Below are positions 1 to 7,412 of a DNA stretch of 8,072 nucleotides, piece after piece; within the stretch, counting starts at the first letter, position 1, and each line of letters opens with the position of its first letter. The translations under genes and the position numbers were made by a program. This DNA comes from Octopus sinensis (taxonomy: Eukaryota). The notes below the pieces were generated by a model that was given only the letters and a program-made list of their open reading frames with translations, made no database searches and was not told where the DNA came from. The stretch lies in contig NW_021828536.1 in NCBI RefSeq assembly GCF_006345805.1, positions 1-8,072 of the forward strand. The letters are read 5' to 3'.

Positions 1-48
1 TGCGTGGTGTGTGTGTGTGGTATATGTGTGTGTCTGTTGCGTGTGTGT
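1..48. repeat. Imperfect (TG)n microsatellite, cut by the window edge
   Basis: tgcgtggtgtgtgtgtgtggtatatgtgtgtgtc... read directly. Confidence 0.9.
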
Positions 49-333
49 TTATCTGCTTCCAATGCCAAAATGCACTGTCGCCAAAATAGACTGCATGTCT
101 AGTCACCGTGCTAAATTGTCAGCATTCAAACAACCGCGCTCAGTGGCACCAGTCGTTTGGTATCTATTACTCTAGGATAAAAACCCAAACAAATTTATCC
201 TTTAATAAACTGATCACTTGAACTATTTTTATTAATATTTAGTCCACAAATAGGCCCTGTTGAAAAGAAATCCATCCATGACCATTCATCGCAAATTCTA
301 TTTTCAGATAGTTTGCCCATCCTCAGCGAAAAT

Positions 334-449
334 GGAGGTAACCTTGTACTTAAATGATCGGATTATGATCATCACGTTCCCAGTTCAATTGTCGGCCAGA
401 TGGTGTGTTGTGTCCTTGAGTCAGGAACTTCATTACGCTTTCATACAGT
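334..449 (+). mobile_element. Decayed tRNA-derived SINE head (5' fragment)
   Basis: Starts GGAGG. A degenerate B box AGTTCAATTG (382-391) is followed by GTGTGTTGTGTCCTTGAGTCAGGAACTTCA, resembling the TTGTGTCCTTGAGCAAGGCACTT segment that follows the tRNA head in many animal SINEs (recalled, not aligned). Boundaries approximate. Confidence 0.5.
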
Positions 450-451
450 TT

Positions 452-740
452 TCTTGAACAATTTGTTCTCTATAGAGCAAAGGCCATCGAGTACTTGTTC
501 TCCATTGTTGCCGACTTTGAGCAGTAAGACCTTCTGTAAACTTGCTTTTTTTCTTGGTAGGAGTATTGGTTCCACGCAAACCCGGTTTAACTTCTAGGTA
601 GAGGTGATCAATATTAGCCTGGCTTCTATCGTTTGTCATTCGACTTGTCCAGCATGGGAGGTTCTATCAGGACCTTGCGCCTCGCGGACATAGCTCTCAC
701 GATCAGTGAGGTATGCAAGCCACCACATCATAATAGGGAC
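452..740 (-). mobile_element. Non-autonomous bipartite RTE-clade LINE derivative (5' UTR joined to 3' end)
   Basis: Minus strand 740->530 reads GTGGTGGCTTGCATACCTCACTGATCGTGAGAGCTATGTCCGCG...CCTGATAGAACCTCCCATGCTGGACAAGTC...GAAGCCAGGCTAA...A-run...GTTTACAGAA. This is colinear with the RTE 5' UTR pattern I recall (GGCTTGCGT..GAGCTATGC..CCTGGTAGG..CCCATGCCGGACAGGTC..GAGCCAGAC). Removing one extra A, 522->~460 translates AQSRQQWRTVLDGLCSIENKL, like the RTE ORF C-terminus (AQDR..WR.LV.GLCS). Confidence 0.75.
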
Positions 741-799
741 TGGATCTTGTGGTGACGTCAAACGGTTTGCTTAACTTAAACATGTACAAGCTGAGTGCT

Positions 800-1244
800 T
801 GTTCAACCGTCGACTCTCCGGCCGTCACAGAGATGCTCCGCTGGGTCAGGGTTAAGGGAGCCGAATTGATGTCACGGTAACTCCAGCACATGCTGTCTGT
901 TTGATTTTTTCTCTTAAGTCTGGTAATTATCCCACTGACATCTTTTGGAGAGACGCAAACATCATCGGATGCCAAGCGGTGGAGAGACAAACACAAAGAC
1001 ATACACAAACAGACTCCCGTCACATACACATGTATATCTAGAGGGAGAGAGAGAGAGAGAGACCGAAAGTGATAGATGGACAAAGAGAGAGGGAGAGAGC
1101 GAGAAAGAAAGTGGGAAGAGACAGTTAGAAAGAGAGAGTGAAAAAGAGAGAGTGTTTGAAAGGTACATACATACGGCGGGCTTTCACACAGTTTCTGCCT
1201 ACCATATAACTGGTTCGAGGCTATGGAAGAAGACACGTACCTAA
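800..1244 (-). mobile_element. Older long tRNA-SINE (family H), copy 1: body, internal microsatellite and 3' tail
   Basis: The reverse complement is colinear with the + copy at 3657-4460: TTAGGTACGTGTCTTCTTCCATAGCCTCG ~ TTGGGCAAATGTCTCTTAGTATAGCCTCG; GAAACTGTGTGAAAGCCCG ~ GAAACTGAAAGAAGCCCG; then a TG/TC microsatellite; CCGCTTGGCATCCGATG ~ CCGCTTCTCGACCGGTG; CAAAAGA..GATAATTACCAGACTTAAGAGAA ~ CAAAAGA..AATAAGTATCAGGCCTAAAAAGAA; GAACAAGCA ~ AAACAAGTA. The lower boundary is approximate. Confidence 0.75.
1039..1152. repeat. Imperfect (GA)n microsatellite inside the SINE
   Basis: agagggagagagagagagagagacc...gagagagtg read directly. Confidence 0.9.
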
Positions 1245-1246
1245 AT

Positions 1247-1627
1247 GGCGGCGAGCTGGCAGAAACGTTAGCACAACGGGGAAATACTTAGCGGTATTTA
1301 TGTTCTGAGTTCAAATTCCACCGAGGTCGACTTTCTCTTTCATTCTTTCGGGGTCGATTAAATAAGTACCAGTTACGCACTGGAGTCGATATAATCGACT
1401 TAATCCCTTTGTCTGTACTTGTTTGTCCTCTCTGTGTGTAGCCTCTTGTCGGTAGTAAAGAAATAGGTATTTCGTCTGCCGCTACGTTCTGAGTTCAAAT
1501 ACCGCCGAGGTCGACTTTCCCTTTCATCCTTTCGGGGTCAATAAATTAAGAACCAATTGCGTACTGGAGTCGATTTAATCGACTGGCCCCCTACCCAAAA
1601 ATTTCGGGCGTTGTGCCTGGAGTAGAA
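1247..1627 (+). mobile_element. Younger dimeric tRNA-SINE (family D), copy A, nested in family H
   Basis: Head GGCGGCGAGCTGGCAGAAACG, with B boxes GAGTTCAAAT at 1307 and 1491. Monomer 1 spans 1247-1465 and a 5'-truncated monomer 2 spans 1466-1627. Flanked by an 18-bp TSD, AAGAAGACACGTACCTAA (1227-1244) / AAGAAGACATATGCCTAA (1628-1645), 15/18 identical. Highly similar to 3810-4194. Confidence 0.92.
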
Positions 1628-1645
1628 AAGAAGACATATGCCTAA

Positions 1646-1725
1646 GGTGATGCGCTAGGTGACCGAACTCGGGACCACTTGATTGCGCAGCAATTAATAC
1701 ATAGTTTCGTTACCACAGCGCCATC
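1646..1725 (-). mobile_element. Family H SINE copy 1: tRNA-like head, separated from its body by the nested insertion
   Basis: The minus strand reads GATGGCGCTGTGGTAA...GTGGTCCCGAGTTCGGTCACC...CACC, with A-box-like and B-box-like motifs, and continues into the TSD. It matches the head at 3657-3735. Confidence 0.75.
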
Positions 1726-2739
1726 GACTTTTAAAAGACGACAGCATGTAATTTGTTGTTGGGGTATAATTGGTTGTTATTCTCTAAATATTGTGTGATG
1801 ATACAGAACAGTATCTCCAAATCATTTGTGAATAGTTCACTCATTTTGTCGCATGTCCGATCGGCTCAGTACCTTAATTTAAATCTCTTGATAATTATAT
1901 TCAAAGGCAAGTGAGGTTTAGTTTGAACTGCAATTACCCTGTGTTAGGAAACACTAAGGTACAGGTACCCGCCTTTGTTCGTTTACTTCATTGTAGATAC
2001 TAGCACATCTCCTCATCTACTATGGAGGCATAAGACGAGGGTGGGACGTCATAACAGCAGTATGTATTAAAAAATGTGTAAATGGACTTGATAGATTACT
2101 TGTTGATGCCTTAGAGAAATCATATTGTTGGCGATACAGTATTCTATTGCAGCTATACGACATGTTATTTGCGACTAAGTGTCACGTGATGATGATTCGT
2201 TCCCGAACTGAAATAGCCTCCCAGCCTCTGTATCTTGAATGGCTATGTGGACCACTCCTAACGAAAGTCAGACCTTCCTTCGGTCACTACATAAAAAGTA
2301 TTAAGCAAAAAATGTTATTTAGATATACCTTTATTGTAGTTGTTTACGCTACTTTACGTTTGTTCATACTCTTATACATTCAAAGTTCACAAATTTCTTT
2401 AGTTAAATTATGAATCATATTCCTTTCAATAATATCAATATGATTAGAAAACTTCTTTGTAGACGATATTTTCCGTTTGGACGACACTAATTTTCAAATT
2501 ACGGGAGTCCATTGCTCTACTGATAGCGACGTATAACTGGCCGTGTGTAAACATCGGAGTGGGTAAAAATACACGTCTAAAATCTGGCCGTGTATCTTGC
2601 TTGCTGTGAATGCGCGTGTCTGATATATAGGAATCTACCCATCTACAATAGGGAAATAAAGAAATAATATCGCAAATCTAAACCCTCTAAATTCACGAAC
2701 TATACCGACAAAAATGTCAACGGTGATTTATTAATACAA

Positions 2740-2912
2740 AACTCAATACCCACAAAATAATCATACATTTTCACACTTTTTTCTGACTGTCTCCTTCACA
2801 ATCCCGAAAAACATCGTGACTATTGGTCCAGCCGTTTGACCGTGAAAAGGGAACAGACAGACAGACAGACGGACAGACGGACAGACATAAAGCCCATTAT
2901 AATAAGAAGTTG
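2740..2912 (-). mobile_element. Non-autonomous Helitron-like 5'-terminal segment, copy 1
   Basis: Minus strand: TTATTATAATGGGCTTTA-(TGTC/CGTC)n-TGTTCCCTTTTCACGGTCAAACGGCTGGACCAAT. An AT-rich tip, a CTGT microsatellite and AAACGGCTGGACCRAT is the layout I recall for Lep1-type non-autonomous Helitrons. The terminal 5'-TC is not intact and I found no 3' hairpin+CTAG end. Confidence 0.6.
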
Positions 2913-2993
2913 ACTTATTTCCCTTTGCTTCTTTTATAAGTTATCTTCCCCTTAATTTTTATTTACTTCTTTACGCCAGTAAATTGAACAATT

Positions 2994-3160
2994 AACCTCA
3001 ATATCCACTAAATATTCATACTTTTTCACATTTTTTTCGCTAAAAGCCTTCCTGATTACCTCCTTCGTAATCCCGAAAAGCATCGCGACCATTGGTCCAG
3101 CCGTTTGACCGTGAAGAGGGAAGAGACAGACGGACGTAATACCCATTAAATAGTAAGTTG
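2994..3160 (-). mobile_element. Non-autonomous Helitron-like 5'-terminal segment, copy 2 (tandem)
   Basis: Colinear with 2740-2912. There is a 25-bp identical core ATTGGTCCAGCCGTTTGACCGTGAA at 2822-2846 and 3091-3115, a shorter ACAG/ACGG tract, and the same AAGTTG end. Confidence 0.6.
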
Positions 3161-3656
3161 TTATTAGTTTGCGTAGCTTCGTATGATGTGATGGTAGAAA
3201 AATAAGACTTAGTTTTTTTTTGAATCCGAAAAAAAAAAAAAGAAAATGAAAAACACTCAGACGAAGAAATATTGCTGAAACGTTAAAATCTTCTAATCCC
3301 GAAAGTAATTGAAGATATCAAACTCATGAGCTTCATTATAGAAGTTTTACAGACAGACACCATCACCACCAGTTTCCTCAAATTTTACTATTTATTTTAA
3401 AGAACTAGCATACGGGAAGGTATTATTTCTACTACGTATTTTTCTTCCACTTGAAATCTGGATTAAAATTAATGGTTCGTATAATACATGGCATTAGATT
3501 GCAATGATTCTTCGCCCATTCCCCATCCGATTTCAGTAAGGAAACAACTCAATAATGATAGGAAGCTTTGAGATTTCTTTTTTAGTTTACCATATATTTT
3601 TTTTTTATCATTTATCAATTTATTTTAAATAAAATGAAATGCCAAATAGTAATATA

Positions 3657-3809
3657 GGCGCAGACGTGGTTGTGTGGTAAGAATTTTGCTTGCCAACTAC
3701 ATAGTTCCGGCTTCAGTCCTACCGTTGCACCTTGGGCAAATGTCTCTTAGTATAGCCTCGGGCTAACCAAAGTCTTGCGGTTAGATATGCTTAACGGAAA
3801 CTGAAAGAA
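3657..3809 (+). mobile_element. Older long tRNA-SINE (family H), copy 2: 5' part
   Basis: GGCGCAGACGTGGTTGTGTGGTAAG (A-box-like), GGCTTCAGTCC (degenerate B box), then CACCTTGGGCAAATGTCT..TATAGCCTCGGGC..ACGGAAACTGAAAGAA. Homologous to the minus-strand copy at 800-1725. Confidence 0.85.
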
Positions 3810-4194
3810 GGCGGCGAACTGGCAGAAACATAGCGCGCCGGGCGAAATGCTTAGCGGCATTCCGTCTGCCGTTACGTTCTGAGTTCAAATTCCGCCGAGG
3901 TCGACTTTGCCTTTCATCCTTTCGGGGTCGATAAATTAAGTACCAGTTACGCACTGGGGTCGATGTAATCGACTTAATTCGTTTGTCTGTCCTTGTTTGC
4001 ACCCTCTATGTTTAGCCCCTTGTGGGTAATAAAGAAACAGGTATTTCGTCTGCCGCTACGTTCTGAGTTCAAATTCTGCCGAGGTCGACTTTGCCTTTCA
4101 TCCTTTCGGGGTCGATAAATTAAGTACCAGTATCTTTTTGTCTATCCTTGTTTGTCCCCTCTATGTTTAGCCCCTTGTGGGTAATAAAGAAATA
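3810..4194 (+). mobile_element. Younger dimeric tRNA-SINE (family D), copy B, nested in family H
   Basis: Monomer 1 spans 3810-4039 (B box 3881-3893). Monomer 2 spans 4040-4194 (B box from 4065) and has an internal deletion. Perfect TSD GGAAACTGAAAGAA(G) at 3796-3809/3810 and 4195-4208/4209. Confidence 0.95.
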
Positions 4195-4460
4195 GGAAAC
4201 TGAAAGAAGCCCGTTATCTCTCTGTCTATGTGTGTGTGATTGCTTCTTTTGTTTAAGTTTGTATCCTCTTCACGCCGCTTCTCGACCGGTGTTTGTGTGT
4301 TTATACCCCTGTAACTTAGCTGTTTGGCAAAAGAAACGATAGAATAAGTATCAGGCCTAAAAAGAATAAGTGCTGAGATGAATTTATGCGCCTAAGTATT
4401 CTTCCCTACGGTGGCCCAGTGTGGCCGCAGTCACGAAACAAGTAAACGAATAAAAGAATA
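4195..4460 (+). mobile_element. Family H SINE copy 2: 3' part
   Basis: Resumes GGAAACTGAAAGAAGCCCG, then a TC/TG tract, GTAACTTAGC..GGCAAAAGA..GATAGAATAAGTA..TGGCCGCAGTC..GAAACAAGTAAA and an A-rich end GAATAAAAGAATA. Confidence 0.85.
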
Positions 4461-4545
4461 CTAGATTTTATACTTTTGTAGTTGTGGTGCAGCCGTGGGT
4501 TATACATGATATTAAGATTCTCACGTAATTTAATCTCCTAAATCG

Positions 4546-4669
4546 AAATCCGTTTTACACAGTGGATATCGTTTTAGATACGGCGGCGTACTATACATGG
4601 GGTGCGTCTTATATATGGTAGCGCATTATACAGGGGGGTTATCTTATAGATGGGGCGTTTAAATATGGT
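4546..4669. repeat. Degenerate ~18-bp tandem array, probably a subterminal repeat of a Tc1/mariner (m44-like) element end
   Basis: Units: ATATCGTTTTAGATACGG 4566-4583, CGGCGTACTATACATGG 4584-4600, GGTGCGTCTTATATATGG 4601-4618, TAGCGCATTATACAGGGG 4619-4636, GGTTATCTTATAGATGGG 4637-4654, GCGTTTAAATATGG 4655-4668. The array is seen directly; the transposon assignment is recalled similarity to GCGTCTTATA...AAATACGG ends. Confidence 0.55.
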
Positions 4670-5203
4670 TTTGTATGTTAATTGATGAGTATTTCCTTAC
4701 AGTGCTATTCTTGAATAGCATAGGACTGATAATAAGTAAAGGGGAAGCACTCCCATAAGCATGTGATATGGAAAAAAAATAACCCAAGTGTTGCAAAGGA
4801 CGCCAAAGATTTCATTCCGTCAAGAGCACTTTTAATGGTATAAAGCCGATTAAGAAGAAAGAAGGAGGATTTTTTATTTTTTAGTTATATTTCATCATTT
4901 CCAAGCTAACGGAAACGGGTGCTGTTAACTGTATTTGCCTTAGAAAACAGAGTAGAGCGTCTTGTTCAACACAATAGACGAGTCACGAGCTCATGTGCCA
5001 ATTATTTCGTGTTATGAACTCAGTCATTCACAAAACGAACGACTAATCCAATTGGACGTAACTCCTCCTACAAACTGAAGAACTAGCAACGAATTAAAAG
5101 CATCAGTAATGAAGAATAATTACTTTAGAGATATTGATTGATGATTTTTGTCTTCTGTTTCCTTCTCACATATCACCAGCGCTACCTTGTAATTTAGTAC
5201 AAG

Positions 5204-5335
5204 GAACGAACGAACGAGCGAACGAACCAAAGAAAGGAATATAAAGCACAAATAAAACAGAGAAAGAAATAGAGAAGGAAGGAAAGAAAGAATCGATGAA
5301 TAAATAAATGAACGAATGAGTGAATGAATGAATGA
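5204..5335. repeat. Compound tetranucleotide low-complexity tract (ACGA)n/(GAAA)n/(TGAA)n
   Basis: gaacgaacgaacgagcgaacgaac...gaaggaaagaaagaa...tgaatgaatgaatga read directly. Confidence 0.85.
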
Positions 5336-5496
5336 GCATCAAGAATGGTATATTTAAAATTCCTTGTCTATACTACTAAACCTGAAAGATTTACGACATG
5401 TCTGGGTCGGCCGCGTAAGAGCTTTATGCTCGCTGGTTCTTCAATTCGTTAAAAATTAAAGAAAAACACATAACAAATAACTCCAGAAATCGACAA

Positions 5497-5633
5497 CAGC
5501 ATCAACAACAATGATAATAACAATAACAATAACAACAAGAACTAGTAGAAAAAAAATAAAGATGATGATGGTGATAATGACAATAATAAGGACAATGATG
5601 ATGATGGTGATGATGATGATAATAAAAATAATG

Positions 5634-5691
<58 letters not shown>

Positions 5692-5742
5692 TGATAATGA
5701 TGATAATAATAATAATAATGATGATAATAATGATAATAATAA

Positions 5743-5817
<75 letters not shown>

Positions 5818-5834
5818 TAAAACTAATACTAATG

Positions 5835-5877
<43 letters not shown>

Positions 5878-5897
5878 TAATAATAATGATAATAAAT
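5497..5897. repeat. Long (AAT)n microsatellite with AAC/GAT variants
   Basis: About 400 bp of aataataat..., the source of the poly-Ile/Leu ORFs. Confidence 0.97.
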
Positions 5898-5914
5898 AGT
5901 TGTATTATATAACT

Positions 5915-6066
5915 ATTCTCCTTCACCTCTCTTTCTATTCGCTTTCCCCTCTCTATCCCTTTCCTCTCCCCTTCTCTCTAATTCGTACTCTTCCTTCCTC
6001 TCTTTATTTCCATTCGTCTTTTTATCTTACACGCTGCACAAATCTCTCTCTCTCCCGCTCTCTCTC
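5915..6066. repeat. CT-rich low-complexity tract
   Basis: Pyrimidine-rich, ending ctctctctcccgctctctctc. Confidence 0.8.
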
Positions 6067-6545
6067 TACATACATACATACATACATACATACATACATA
6101 CGTACATACATGCAGACATACATACATGCATATATATATGTAAATGACACGCAAATATATATACATATGCATATAAATGTGTGTACATATATATATAAAC
6201 ATAGAGCATATACAATAAGCACATATACACGTGTATATGTATATATATTTATGTATGCATATATAGGTATATATATATATATATATAGATATCAATGTGT
6301 AAGTGTGCATATATATATACATGCATATATATACACACATACACCACAATATATATACATATATATATATGTATGTATTATATATATATATATATTATAT
6401 ATGTATATATGCATATATGTATTCATATAAATATATATATATATGTATGTATTCATACACACACACACATATGTATATATATATATATATTATATATATA
6501 TATATTATATGATATATATCTACATACATGTGTTTGTGTGTACAT
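6067..6545. repeat. Compound (TACA)n/(TA)n/(CA)n microsatellite
   Basis: tacatacatacatac...tatatatata read directly. Confidence 0.95.
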
Positions 6546-6597
6546 GCTTTTCTTTTAAACTTGTGTACAGACTATCGTTTCCATTCTATAAATCTAA

Positions 6598-6800
6598 TCC
6601 CTCTCTGAAGCCCTTTCACACCAACCATTTTCTTTCCCCATCTTATCTCTGTCCCTCTCCCTATCCCTCTCTCTCTCACTTTCAGCCTCTCTCTTTCTCT
6701 TCCTCTCACTCTCTCCCTCCATCCCTCTCGATCCATCCCTATCTATTTCTCTCCATACTAACTCATTCATTCCACAGTCAATTCGCTCTCCTTTTTCCAT
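6598..6800. repeat. CT-rich polypyrimidine tract
   Basis: About 200 bp dominated by C/T on the + strand. Confidence 0.85.
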
Positions 6801-6970
6801 AGGAAACCCGGTGATTAGGTGGAACGCAACTCGCGCATGAATACATTTCGTGTATTAATGATGCTTATCTGTGCGCAGGCAACTTATTGTAGCTCTTCCG
6901 GACAGCTTCTTTATCCAACATGATTATTTGGTGGATGAAATCTTACGCGATTTAATAACACCGTCACCGT

Positions 6971-7047
6971 AAAAAAAAAAAATAAATAAATAAATAAATA
7001 AAAATGATAAGAAAAATAAGAACAAGTAAAAAAAAAACCTAAAAAAA
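6971..7047. repeat. Poly-A/(AAAT)n tract
   Basis: aaaaaaaaaaaataaataaataaataaataaaa read directly. Confidence 0.9.
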
Positions 7048-7070
7048 TGTGACTGCTACGGGATTACTAG

Positions 7071-7213
7071 TATCATCAACATCATCATGATCATCATCGT
7101 CGTCGTCGTCGTCGTCGTCATCATCATCATTATCATCATCACCATCGACATCATCATCATCATCATCATCACCATCATCATCATCACCACCACCATCATC
7201 GTCATCATCGTCG

Positions 7214-7244
<31 letters not shown>

Positions 7245-7412
7245 CATCATCATCATCATCATCAACATGTATCATTAACTTCTTCCCCCTGCGCTTCCTT
7301 TCCTTCCTTTTCTCTGCTTATCATCATTCTCATCATCATCAATCATCATCATCATCAACATCGGCAGCAGCATTATCGTCCAAGTCATGTGTCGGCGTCG
7401 CCGCCATCATCG
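7071..7412. repeat. (CAT)n/(CGT)n/(CAC)n trinucleotide microsatellite, interrupted by a CT-rich spacer at ~7279-7318
   Basis: catcatcat...cgtcgtcgt, the source of the poly-Asp/Met/Ile ORFs. Confidence 0.95.

Noticed and set aside
64-117. Short direct repeats GCCAAAAT (64, 80) and GCTAAATT (110)
   Set aside because: Possibly a transposon subterminal relic, but too short to support a call.
433-639. 68-aa minus ORF as a gene
   Set aside because: Only AQSRQQWRT reflects an ancestral RTE frame. The rest is 5' UTR or out-of-frame sequence.
703-1244. 177-aa minus ORF and overlapping ORFs
   Set aside because: They run mostly through the family H SINE body, its GA microsatellite and its tail, with no recognisable protein.
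2147-2413. 88-aa plus ORF
   Set aside because: Non-ATG start, AT-rich, and no recognisable motif or clear splice context.
2952-3146. 64-aa minus ORF
   Set aside because: It lies largely within the duplicated Helitron-like terminal sequence and has no recognisable product.
3781-4002. 73-aa minus ORF
   Set aside because: It is an antisense translation of the family D SINE.
1247-4194. Four similar ~100-bp blocks as a CRISPR array or tRNA genes
   Set aside because: They are dispersed, TSD-flanked, have no repeat-spacer periodicity and no complete cloverleaf. They are SINE monomers in eukaryotic DNA.
5070-5100. CTGAAGA as a hammerhead ribozyme core
   Set aside because: There is no stem II followed by GAAA and no flanking helices.
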